Source: Malacoraja senta
Taxonomy: Eukaryota
Direction of reading: 5' to 3'
Length of the DNA stretch: 58,414 bases
NCBI GenBank assembly: GCA_038087875.1
Contig: JAXLNO010000200.1
Span: 62,001-120,414 of the forward strand
The notes beneath the pieces were generated by a model. The model saw nothing but the letters and a program-made list of their open reading frames with translations, ran no database searches and was not told the origin of the DNA. Positions 23,926 to 34,825 of this stretch are shown in pieces. Made by a program: the position numbers and the translations under genes. Within the stretch, counting starts at the first letter, position 1, and every line of letters starts with the position of its first letter.

Positions 23926-26900
23926 CGAGAATCCAGTCGGCCTACAATTTCCATATTAGCCCTCTGGAAATCAGTCCCTTCGACCACAACACCCATACTA
24001 ACGCTCCAGCAAGGCCTCCCCCCCCTCCCCCACTGGCCAGCAATATTGGAATTGGTGGCGAAGTGGAATATTGCATTGGAGGACCAGCCCTCAAGTGTGA
24101 AGCTGGGACCCAACGGGTCCCACAGTCTAGTACTAAATTAATGCTACATGTGGTACCGACTCTCAGACCCCTCGCCAATAACATGGAATGGGTCAAAGAT
24201 ATGTTATAAACAACACTACAGTGGGTGATGCACAAAATCATCTGCTAAAATAGGACATGTACAGTTCCCAATGGGAATTGTATGAGAGTTTCCCAATGGC
24301 TGAGTCTTTACTAACATGATCAATAGAAAGTGGATGGGAACTTAATGCAGCTCTTCCATGGTAGTCACAACAGATGTATAAAAGACTGCCATTGAGAGGA
24401 TGGTAAATGCATGGTACAGGGGACATGGCGATCCCCAGTACTTGCATATCACCCACACCACCCTCTGCCCTGAACAAGTCCCATGCCAAGAGGATCTGCA
24501 CACCACCATGGGATGCAGATGGATCAAGAAGCACAATCTGTAACATCCAGCTCTAATGCACATTTTGCAAAACCCCTTCAAATTATCGATGGAGTAACCA
24601 GTATCATGGAGTCAGCACAGAACATGCACTTTAGCCCAAATCCATGCCAAACAAATTGGTATTCTGAGCTAGCCCTATTTCCAACAATTGGCCCATATCC
24701 CACTAAGCCCTTCCAATCTATATATCCATTCAAATGTCTTTTGAAAACCGTGATGGTGTCTACCTCAGAGCTTCTTCAGACAGCTCATTCCATAATTGGA
24801 CTATCCTCTGTGTAAAAAAGGTTGCCTCCAAGGTCCTTCTTCCCTCTCACTTTAACCATATACCCTCTAGTTTTAGTATCTTCTACTCTGGAATGAATAC
24901 ACTGACAGCTGAGAGTGGAGAGATTTAAAATGGACCCGAAGGGCACCTTTTTCATTCAGAGAGGGTTACTATGAACAGAGTTCAAAGGTGAAACAGTGTG
25001 GCCTACCCATATGAGTAGAACATGTGTAATTATGGCTTCAATGCAGGGGATTTTGGCTTTGAAAGGACATTGATGTTGATTTACTTATTGTTCCAGTGGA
25101 TTTGAAGGATCGTGCAGAAAGATAATTGCTGTTATCTTGAGGTGTACCTGTAAGTATCTCTGTTGCCAAGTAGACTTTTGTGCAAAGTCTGAGGACTTCA
25201 GCAACCAATATTCTTTTCTTCACTTATCAAGAACACTGAGGGAATCAGCACTCAGGAGAAGGAACACTGCAAACTCTTGAAGTGAGCTCCTTTGTTCAAA
25301 CCCACAAAACTATCAAAGGTAGACAAAAATGCTGGAGAAACTCAGCGGGTGAGGCAGCATCTTGGAAGCGAAGGAATAGGTGACGTTTTGGGTTGAGACC
25401 TTTCCTCAGACTGATGTGGGGGTGGGAAGAAGAAAGGAAGAGGCGGAGACAGTGGGCTGTGGGAAGGGGAGGGGAAGGAGGGAGAAAGCAAGAAGGACTA
25501 CCTGAAATTGGAGAAGTCCTCTTGGATTCCCCTCATAGCCATCAACCTGCTTTAGACCTTTTATTTTAAACTGCTGGTGGGACATCAACCGCATCAACGT
25601 TTCCACTCCCCTTTCCCACTGTAACCCCCCCCCCCCCAAACATGGAGCCCTCCACTCACTCTGCAACAACCCCGAATGGGTGATCAAACCTGCCAACAAG
25701 GAAGGTTCTGTGGTAGTCTGGTGCGCTGATCTCTAACTGTCTGAGGTCAGGCACCAACTTTCAAACACCTCCTCCTAATAATCCTTGGACCATGACCCCA
25801 CAGACGAGCACCAGGCCACTATCTCTAGCACCATCACTGGCTTCATCACCTCCAGCTCCCTGCCCTCCGAAGCCCCCGACCTCATCGTTCCCCAGCCCCG
25901 CACGGCCCGATTTTACCTTCTCCCCAAAATCCACAAACCTGACTGTCCTGGCAGACCCATTGTTTCTGCTTGTTCTTGTCCCACCAAACTTATTTCCACA
26001 TACCTCGACTCCATCCTATCCCCCCTGGTCAAATCCCTCCCTACCTATGTCCAAGAGACCTCACACGCTTTTCTTCTCCTCCATGACTTCCGTTTTCCAG
26101 GCCCCCATTCCCTCATCTTCACTATGGATGTCCAGTCACTCTACACCTCCATCCCCCACTAGGAGGGTCTTAAAGCCCTCCGTTTATTCCTGGACCGCAG
26201 AACCAACCAATCCCTGTCTACCGATACTCTCCTCCGCCTAGCGGAGCTGGTCCTTTACCCTCAACAACCTTTCCTTTGTCTCCTCCTATTTCCTCCAAAT
26301 CCAAGGTGTAGCTATGGGCATGCACATGGGCCCCAGCTATGCCTGCCTCTTTGTAGGGTACGTCAAACAGTCCTTGTTTGAGGAGTAGCGTGGCCCAATC
26401 CCCCAACTCTACCTCAGCCACATTGATGACTGCATTGGCGCTACCTCAAGCACCCATGCAGAACTCACTGATTTCATCCATTTCACCACTAACTTCCATC
26501 TGGCACTCAAATTTACCTGGACGATTTCTGACATCTCCCTACTGTTTCTAGACCTCACTATCTCCATCGCAGGTAACAGACTACTGACGACATCTACTAC
26601 AAACCCACTGACTCCCATGGCTATCTGGACTACACTTCTTCCCACCCTGCTTCCTGTAAGGACTCTATCCCCTCCTCCCAATTCCTACGCCTACGCCGCA
26701 TCTGCACACAGGATGAGGTGTTCCAAACCAGGGCATTGGAGCTGTCCTCATTCTTAAGGGAACGGGGTTCCCCTCTTCAACTATAGATGAGGCTCTCACC
26801 AGGGTCTCCTCTATATCTCATAGCTCCACTCTCACTCCCCATCCCCCCCCGCTCGTAACAAAGACAGAGTCCCCCTTGTCCTCACCTTCCACCCTACCAG

Positions 26901-27020
26901 CCGTCACATACAACAGATAATCCTTCAACATTTTCGCCACCTCTAACGGGACCCCACCACTGCCCACATCTTCCCATCTCCTCCTCTTTTGGCTTTTCGC
27001 AGAGACCGCTCCCTCCATAA

Positions 27021-27798
27021 GGTCAGGGAGAGCGAGGAAGTCATTGAGAGGAGTTACAGGGATGTGGTCACTCCAACACCACAGGAGGCAGGCAAGTGGA
27101 TCACGGTTGGGAGAGGCAAGGGGCACAGGCAGGGACTAGAGAGTACCCCGGTGGCTGTACACCTTGACAATAAGTACTCCTGTTTGAGCACTGTTGGGGT
27201 GGGCAGCCTACCTGGGGGTAGCGACAGCGGCCGGGCCTCCGGTATAGAGACCGGTCCTGTTGCTCAGAAGGGTAAGGAAAAGAAGAGGAGGGCAATATTA
27301 ATAGGGGACTCTATAGTTAGGGGGTCAGACAGGCGATTCTGTGGACGCAGTCGGGAGACCCGGATGGTAGTTTGCCTCCCTGGTGCCAGGGTCTGTGATG
27401 TGTCTCAACGTGTCCAAGACATCCTGAAAGGGCAGGGAGAGGAGCCTGAGGTCGTGATACATATAGGTACCAATGACATAGGTAAAAAAAGAGAAGAGGT
27501 CCTGAAAGGAGAATTTAGGGAGTTAGGAGGGGAGTTAAAGAGAAGGACAGCAAAGGTAACAATCTCGGGATTACTGCCTGTACCACGCGACAGTGAGAGT
27601 AGGAATGGAGCGAGGTGGAGGATAAATGCGTGGCTGAAGGACTGGTGCAGAAGGCAGGGATTCAAATTTCTGGATCATTGGGACCTCTTTTGTGGAAGGT
27701 TCGACCTGTACAAAAAGGATGGGTTGCACTTGAACCTGAGGGGGACCGATATCCTGGCGGGGAGATCTGCAAAGGCTACTGGGGAGACTTTAAACTAG
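27021..27798 (+). CDS. CR1 ORF1 C-terminal SGNH/GDSL esterase-like domain (partial)
   Basis: Motifs LIGDSIVRG, IHIGTND and DGLHLN, typical of the CR1 ORF1 esterase. Confidence 0.85.
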
Positions 27799-30700
27799 AA
27801 TGGTTGGGGGGAGGGACTCAAATAGAGAATGCTATTAGACAGTGTGTGAGGCAGGAGGCAGAGAAGGAAAGCACTCAGACCCAACATGTAGTGGGGAAAG
27901 AAGAAAACAATAATAAACAGAGAATAAGAGGTGGTGGGGTTCTTAAATGGGTGAGCAGAGAAACAGAGGGGTGTAAAATGCGGGCGGAAGCAATAGGTAG
28001 CAAGGTGAAAGGTAAAAGTGGCAGGCAGACAAATCCAGGGCAAAAATCAAAAAGAGCCACTTTTCAACATAATTGTATAAGGGGTAAGAGCGTTGTAAAA
28101 ACAAGCCTGAAGGCTTTGTGTCTCAATGCAAGGAGCATTCGTAATAAGGTGGATGAGTTGAACGTGCAGATAGCAATTAATGATTATGATATAGTTGGGA
28201 TCACGGAGACATGGCTCCAAGGTGACCAAGGCTGGGAGCTGACCATCCAGGGATATTCAATATTCAGGAGGGATAGAGAGAAAGGAAAAGGAGGTGGGGT
28301 AGCGTTGCTGGTTAGAGAGGAGATTAACGCAGTGGAAAGGAAGGACATTAGCTTGGAGGATGTGGAATCGGTATGGGTAGAGCTGCGAAACACTAAGGGG
28401 CAGAAAACGCTGGTGGGTGTTGTGTACAGGCCACCTAGCAGTAGTAGTGAAGTTGGGGATGGCATCAAACAGGAAATTAGAAATGCGTGCAACAAAGGCA
28501 AAACAGTTATAATGGGTGACTTCAATCTACATATAGATTGGGTGAATCAAATTGGCAGGGGTGCTGAGGAAGAGGATTTCTTGGAATGTATGAGGGATAG
28601 TTATCTAAACCAACATGTAGAGGAACCAACGAGAGAGCAGGCTATTCTAGACTGGGTATTGAGTAATGAGGAAGGGTTAGTTAGCAGACTTGTTGTGCGT
28701 GCCCCCTTGGGCAAGAGTGATTATAATATGGTTGAGTTCTTCATTAGGATGGAGAGTGAAATTGTTAATTCAGAAACAACGGTTCTGAACTTAAAGAAAG
28801 GTAACTTTGAGGGTATGAGACGTAAATTGGCCAAGATTGACTGGCAATTAGTTCTAAAAGGGTTGACGGTGGATATGCAATGGAAGACATTTAAAGACTG
28901 CATGGATGAACTACAAAAATTGTTCATCCCAGTTTGGCAAAAGAATAAATCAAGGAAGGTAGTGCATCCGTGGATAACAAGGGAAATCAGGGATAGTATC
29001 AAAGCAAAAGATGATGCGTACAAATTAGCCAGAAAAAGCAGCATACCAGAGGACTGGGAGAAATTCAGAGACAAGCAGAGGAGGACAAAGGGCTTAATTA
29101 GGAAAGGGAAAATAGATTATGAAAGGAAACTGGCAGGGAACATAAAAACTGACTGCAAAAGTTTTTATAGATATGTGAAGAGAAAGAGATTAGTTAAATC
29201 AAATGTAGGTCCCTTGCAGTCAGAAACAGGTGAATTGATCATGGGGAACAAGGATATGGCAGACCAATTGAATAACTACTTTGGTTCCGTCTTCACTAAG
29301 GAAGACATAAATAATCTGCCGGAAATAGCAGGGGGCCGCGGGTCAAAGGAGATGGAGGAACTGAGTGAAATCCAGGTTAGTCGGGAAGTGGTGTTGGGTA
29401 AATTGAATGGATTAAAGGCCGATAAATCACCAGGGCCAGATAGGCTGCATCCCAGAGTACTTAAGGAAGTAGCTCCAGAAATAGTGGATGCATTAGTGAT
29501 AATTTTTCAAAACTCTTTAGATTCTGGAGTAGTTCCTGAGGATTGGAGGGTAACAAATGTAACCCCACTTTTTAAGAAGGGAGGGAGAGAGAAAACGGGG
29601 AATTACAGACCAGTTAGTCTAACATCGGTAGTGGGGAAACTGCTAGAGTCAGTTATTAAAGATGGGATAGCAGCACATTTGGAAAGTGGTGAAATCATTG
29701 GACAAAGTCAGCATGGATTTACGAAAGGTAAATCGTGTCTGACGAATCTTATAGAATTTTTCGAGGATGTAACTAGTAGAGTGGATAGGGGAGAACCAGT
29801 GGATGTGTTGTATCTGGACTTTCAGAAGGCTTTCGACAAGGTACCACATAAGAGATTAGGATACAAACTTAAATCACACGGTATTGGGGGTTCAGTATTG
29901 ATGTGGATAGAGAACTGGCTGGCAAACAGGAAGCAAAGAGTAGGAGTAAACGGGTCCTTTTCACAATGGCAGCCAGTGACTAGTGGGGTACCGCAAGGCT
30001 CAGTGCTGGGACCCCAGCTATTTACAATTTATATTAATGATCTGGACGAGGGAATTGAAAGCAACATCTCCAAGTTTGCGGATGACACTAAGCTGGGGGG
30101 CAGTGTTAGCTGTGAGGAGGATGCTAGGAGACTGCAAGGTGACTTGGATAGGTTGGGTGAGTGGGCAAATGTTTGGCAGATGCAGTATAATGTGGATAAA
30201 TGTGAGGTTATCCACTTTGGTAGCAAAAACGGGAAGGCAGACTATTATCTAAATGGTGGCCGATTAGGAAATGGGGAGATGCAGCGAGACCTGGGTGTCA
30301 AGGTACACCAGTCATTGAAAGTAGGCATGCAGGTGCAGCAGGCAGTGAAGAAAGCGAATGGTATGTTGGCCTTCATAGCAAGAGGATTTGAGTATAGGAG
30401 CAGGGAGGTTCTACTGCAGTTGTACAGGGTCTTGGTGAGACCACACCTGGAGTATTGCGTACAGTTTTGGTCTCCAAATCTGAGGAAGGACATTATAGCC
30501 ATAGAGGGAGTGCAGAGAAGGTTCACCAGACTGATTCCTGGGATGTCAGGACTTTCATATGAAGAAAGACTGGATAGACTTGGCTTATACTCGCTAGAAT
30601 TTAGGAGATTGAGAGGGGATCTTATAGAAACGTACAAAATTCTTATGGGGTTGGACAGGCTAGATGCAGGAAGATTGTTCCCGATGTTGGGGAAGTCCAG

Positions 30701-30914
30701 GACAAGGGGTCACAGCTTAAGGATAAGGGGGAAATCCTTTAAGACCGAGATGAGGAAAAACTTTTTCACACAGAGAGTGGTGAATCTCTGGAACTCTCTG
30801 CCACAGAGGGTAGTTGAGGCCAGTTCATTGGCTATATTTAAGAGGGAATTAGATGTGGCCCTTGTGGCTAAAGGGGTCAGGGGGTATGGAGAGAAGGCAG
30901 GTACGGGATACTGA
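27615..30914 (+). CDS. CR1 ORF2: AP endonuclease plus reverse transcriptase
   Basis: 1099-codon open frame with CLNARSI, GITETW, YRPP, GDFN, LDWVL, NYRPVSLTS, YLDFQKAFD, GVPQGSVLGP and FADD. The true start is probably downstream, e.g. the ATG near 27978. Confidence 0.9.
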   Translation: MEDKCVAEGLVQKAGIQISGSLGPLLWKVRPVQKGWVALEPEGDRYPGGEICKGYWGDFKLEWLGGGTQIENAIRQCVRQEAEKESTQTQHVVGKEENNNKQRIRGGGVLKWVSRETEGCKMRAEAIGSKVKGKSGRQTNPGQKSKRATFQHNCIRGKSVVKTSLKALCLNARSIRNKVDELNVQIAINDYDIVGITETWLQGDQGWELTIQGYSIFRRDREKGKGGGVALLVREEINAVERKDISLEDVESVWVELRNTKGQKTLVGVVYRPPSSSSEVGDGIKQEIRNACNKGKTVIMGDFNLHIDWVNQIGRGAEEEDFLECMRDSYLNQHVEEPTREQAILDWVLSNEEGLVSRLVVRAPLGKSDYNMVEFFIRMESEIVNSETTVLNLKKGNFEGMRRKLAKIDWQLVLKGLTVDMQWKTFKDCMDELQKLFIPVWQKNKSRKVVHPWITREIRDSIKAKDDAYKLARKSSIPEDWEKFRDKQRRTKGLIRKGKIDYERKLAGNIKTDCKSFYRYVKRKRLVKSNVGPLQSETGELIMGNKDMADQLNNYFGSVFTKEDINNLPEIAGGRGSKEMEELSEIQVSREVVLGKLNGLKADKSPGPDRLHPRVLKEVAPEIVDALVIIFQNSLDSGVVPEDWRVTNVTPLFKKGGREKTGNYRPVSLTSVVGKLLESVIKDGIAAHLESGEIIGQSQHGFTKGKSCLTNLIEFFEDVTSRVDRGEPVDVLYLDFQKAFDKVPHKRLGYKLKSHGIGGSVLMWIENWLANRKQRVGVNGSFSQWQPVTSGVPQGSVLGPQLFTIYINDLDEGIESNISKFADDTKLGGSVSCEEDARRLQGDLDRLGEWANVWQMQYNVDKCEVIHFGSKNGKADYYLNGGRLGNGEMQRDLGVKVHQSLKVGMQVQQAVKKANGMLAFIARGFEYRSREVLLQLYRVLVRPHLEYCVQFWSPNLRKDIIAIEGVQRRFTRLIPGMSGLSYEERLDRLGLYSLEFRRLRGDLIETYKILMGLDRLDAGRLFPMLGKSRTRGHSLRIRGKSFKTEMRKNFFTQRVVNLWNSLPQRVVEASSLAIFKRELDVALVAKGVRGYGEKAGTGY

Positions 30915-31158
30915 GTTGGATGATCAGCCATGATCGTATTGAATGGCGGTGCAGGCTCGAAGGGCCGAATGGCCTACTCCTGCACCTATTTTCTATGTAT
31001 CTATGTATCTATGTATAACTCCCTGGTCAATTCGTCCCTTCCAACCCAAACCATTGTCCTTGCTTTCTCCCTCTTTCCCCTCCCCTTCCCAGCTCTCCCA
31101 CAGCCCACTGTCTCCACCTCTTCCTTTCTTCTTCCCACTCCCCCACCCCCACATCAGT

Positions 31159-31186
31159 CTGAGGAAGTGTCTTGACCCGAAACGTC
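31159..31186 (+). ncRNA. minimal type-I hammerhead ribozyme-like motif in the Penelope pLTR
   Basis: CTGAGGA-A-GTGTC-TT-GACCC-GAAACGTC: a CUGANGA box, stem II with one mismatch, GAAA, palindromic ACGU and a GUC triplet. Confidence 0.6.
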
Positions 31187-31299
31187 ACCTATTCCTTCGC
31201 TCCGTAGATGCTGCCTCACCCGCTGAGCTTCTCCAACATTTTTGTATACCTTCGATTTTTCCAGCATCTGCAGTTCTTTCTTAAACACCAAACTATCAA

Positions 31300-31830
31300 A
31301 CTATCTCGAACAGTCTCCTGCCATCCCTGACTGATAAGAAGTTGAAATGACCACATACCAACTGGAAAATGATAAGATACCGGGAGCAAACAGTATTCCT
31401 GCTGATGTTTTCCGGCTTGGAAAGAAGCATCAGTCACAAATGAACAACCTCTGACTCCCAAATCTGCATTGTGGAGGTCATGCCATGACCATGTTCAAGA
31501 AAGGATCCAACAAGGACTACAGAGAGTCTTCCCGCAGTCTTCCACAGGGAGAGTTATCTCCAAGGTTCTCCTCAATGGTCTCCTGCCAGTAGTAGAAGGG
31601 CTGCTCTTTGAATCACATTTAAGAGGCTGTTCATCCAGTGGCACAATGTACATGATTTCCACCGCATTGCAACTTCAAGAGAATGTATTAAATAAAATCA
31701 ATGGCATTTTTTATCTCAGAAAATCCCGTGATTTCACCATCAACTGTCTTCAAATTTGTTGCTCATGGAAATCCACTCCATTTTGTATCCATTTTATGAT
31801 GGTATACAAACCTTGATCTTGTATCACTTC
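31300..31830 (+). mobile_element. highly degraded RTE-like LINE RT fragment (probable host of the Penelope insertion)
   Basis: Conceptual peptides KIPGANSIPADVF and TGRVISKVLLNGLLPVVEGLLFESH...GTMYMISTALQLQE resemble RTE RT. Confidence 0.55.
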
Positions 31831-31919
31831 AACTATCCAAACTAATATCACAATTAGTGTCACATTAATATCCAGCAGCCTGTATCTATTAAAAATTGCA
31901 ACTGGAATAAATACTGATA

Positions 31920-33290
31920 GAGTCAAGAGGGTTTTATTGTCATGTGTCCCAGATAGCACAATGAAATTCTTGCTTGCTGCATCACAACAAAATGTGTAAA
32001 CATAAAACAGAACAGGAGATAAAAGTTCAGTGTGTCTATATACCATAGACCATATATATACAGAATAAATAAACTGATAAAGTGCAATAGTAATAATAGA
32101 CTGTTATTGTTCAGAGCTTGTTTGATGTTGTGTTTAATAGCCTGATAGCTGTGGGAAGGAGCTGTTCCTGAACCTGGATGTTCCAGATTTCAAGCTCCTG
32201 TACCTTCCTCCCGATGGCAACGGAGAGATGAGTGTGTGGCCAGGTTGATGTGGGCCTTTGATGATATTGGCAGCCTTTTTGAGGCAGCGACTGCAATAGA
32301 TCCCTTCGATGGCGGGGAGGTCAGAGCCGATGATGGACGGGCAGTGGTTACAACATTCTGCCATTTTTTCCGCTCCTGGACGTTCAAGTTGCCGAACCAA
32401 GCCACGATGCAGCCAGTCAGTATGCTCTCTACTATGCACCTGTAGAAGTTCGAGAGAGTCCTCCTTGAAGTACCGACTCTCTGTAATCTTCTCAGGAAGT
32501 AGAGGCGCTGATGTGCCTTCTTTACAATTGTATCAGTGTGCTGGGACCAGGAAAGATCTTTGGAAATATGCACGCCCAGGAATTTGAAGTTTTTGACCCT
32601 TTCCACCATGTCCTGTTGATATAAACAGGATTGTGGATCCCTATCCTACCCCTTCCTAAGTCCACAATCAGTTCCTTGGTTTTGCTGGTGTTGAGAGCCA
32701 GGTTATTGTGCTGGCACCATTTGGTCAATCGGTCGATCTCACTTCTATACTCTGACTCATCATCATCAGTGATTCGTCCCACAACAGTGGTGTCGTCGGC
32801 GAACTTGATGATGGAGTTCGCACTATGTCCGGCGACACAGTCATGAGTATAGAGTGAGTACAGCAGGGGGCTGAGCACGGAGCCTTGAGGTGCTCTCATG
32901 CTGATTGTTATCGAGGATGACACGTTTCCACCAATACAGACAGACTGTGGTCTGTGGATAAGGAAGTCGAGGATCCAATTGCAAAGGGATGCGCAGAGAC
33001 CCAGATCCGTGAGCTTGGTAACCAGCTTGGAGCGGAATTAAATGTCGAGCTATAGTCCATGAACAACTGCCTGACATACAAGTTTTTGTTGTCCAAGTGG
33101 TCCGGAGTGGAGAGGAGATCCAGTGTGATCGCATCCACCGTTGTGGTGTTAAGCAAACTGCAGTGGGTTGAGGTTCTTGTCGAGGTAGGAGTTGATATGT
33201 GCCATAATCAATCTCTCAAAGCACTTCATCACCACAGACGTTAGTGCCACTGGTCGATCGTCATTGAGGCACGTCACCTTGCTCTTCTCA
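31920..33290 (-). mobile_element. Rex1/Babar-like LINE, 5'-truncated
   Basis: Same family as 1-1620 in reverse orientation: [35 protein letters not shown]. Confidence 0.85.
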
Positions 33291-34825
33291 GAACATGTTG
33301 TTCTGCTAAAATGGATCTTTCCACAATGTGAATTGGATATTATGCTATTGATGAATTAAAGAACACTATTTGTATAATCTTGGCTGATATAGTTACAATG
33401 CAATCTTGAATGGGAACTAGCCCCGCAATATTCAGACACCATTGTCTCTTTGGATCATGCGGTGCTACTTTCACCACGCAAGGCTACTTAAAAATTACTT
33501 TGATAATTGACAAGTAATTGCTTCTATTAATACTGGTGCAACAATAATCTACTGAACAATCAAATTTTGGTTATCAGAAAATAAACCTATGGCTGTCAAA
33601 AAAAAACCCTTTGTTTTTGAAAATCATGGGGGAAAAAACGTTGTTACTGTGAGTCTGAACTGTCCTGCACCTTCATGTGTTAGTTAGTTTAGTTTATTGT
33701 CACATGTACCGAGGTACAATGAAAATCTTTTTGTTGCGTGTTATCCAGTCAGAGGAAATGCTATACATGATTACAATTGGGCTGTCCACAGTGTACAGAC
33801 ACAGAATAAAGGGAATAACGTACAGTGCAAGATAAAGTCCAATTAAAGGTGGTCCACGGGTCTCCAATGAGGTAGATGGTAGCTCAGGGAAGAGACCTAA
33901 CCCCCCTATTCTTCATTGCCAGAATTGTTGATAATACGTGATTTTATACAATGTGAAGTTTCACAAGAATATTTCATTGCAGCAGAATTATCTGAATGCT
34001 ACATTGAATTTTTACAATGTTGTAATATTCCTGTAAACATTAACATTGATTCATTGATAATATTAATCAATAAGGATTATTCTTATCTGGTAAACCTTAT
34101 ATCTATCCACCTATCCATATGTACCCATATATCTAAATGAAAAACTGTATGGAGGTGTTTATTGTACAACAACAAGTTATATCTCATTTTCACTGGAGGT
34201 AACATTTATCGTTACCATGCCAAGGGATCAGTTTTCTTTTATGCAGCCTAACCAATTTTAATTTCTAATCTGAAAATGTTAATCAAGTGACATCATGACA
34301 GATGGCCAATTTGTTCCACCAATTTACAAACAAAGCTGTACAGATAGCAATTATCCATTCTCGTCATCACACTTTGGTGTTAACTTTTATCAATTATAAA
34401 TGTTTAGCCTTCAATTTCCTTACCATTTAAACCTGAACACACATGTAATCAGGCACAAACCAACAAGGCAAACACAATCCAAGATTTACTGTGCCAAGTG
34501 CACAATTTAATGTGAAATTATGTTTAAATGCTTGATTTAAGACACGGATAAATGTGTTTGGTATTTACATGCACCCTGATTAGTTTATGTTGATTTGATT
34601 ATACTCTGATTGAACTGGATGTTATTTTGATGCAACTTGATGTTGAAGAAAAGGCATACATTTACATAGAAACAGAAAATAGTTGCAGGAGGAGGCCATT
34701 CGGCCCTGAGCCAGCACCGCCATTCATTGTGATCATGGCTGATCGTCCCCAATCAATAGCCCGTGCCTGCCTTCTCCCCATATCCCTTGATTCCGCTATC
34801 CCCTAGAGCTCTATCTAACTCTCTC

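Larger units (their letters stand above)
19931..24130 (+). mobile_element. non-autonomous Helitron-like element, copy 1
   Basis: Start A|TCTTATATAA, hairpin TGGGACCCAACGGGTCCCA at 24104-24122, end CTAG|T, no TSD. 5' and 3' modules are shared with 39045-42321 and 48895-51967. Confidence 0.8.
27021..31014 (+). mobile_element. young CR1 (HER1-like) LINE, 5'-truncated within ORF1
   Basis: ORF1 remnant, uninterrupted ORF2, 3' UTR and (ctatgtat)n tail. Flanked by ATAA at 27017-27020 and 31015-31018. Confidence 0.95.
25318..31289 (+). mobile_element. Penelope-like retroelement with inverted pseudo-LTRs (25318-27020 and 31015-31289), split by CR1
   Basis: RT motifs FYLLPKIHKPDCPGRPIVS, TMDVQSLYTSIP, GVAMG, IDD, FLDLTI and YYKPTD with stops. 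25318-25500 is an inverted copy of about 31056-31252. Flanking direct repeat AAACTATCAAA at 25307-25317 and 31290-31300. The GIY-YIG part appears deleted. Confidence 0.85.

Noticed and set aside
26989..27020. N-terminus of the 269-aa ORF as the CR1 ORF1 start
   Set aside because: These codons come from the flanking Penelope sequence; the CR1 begins at 27021.
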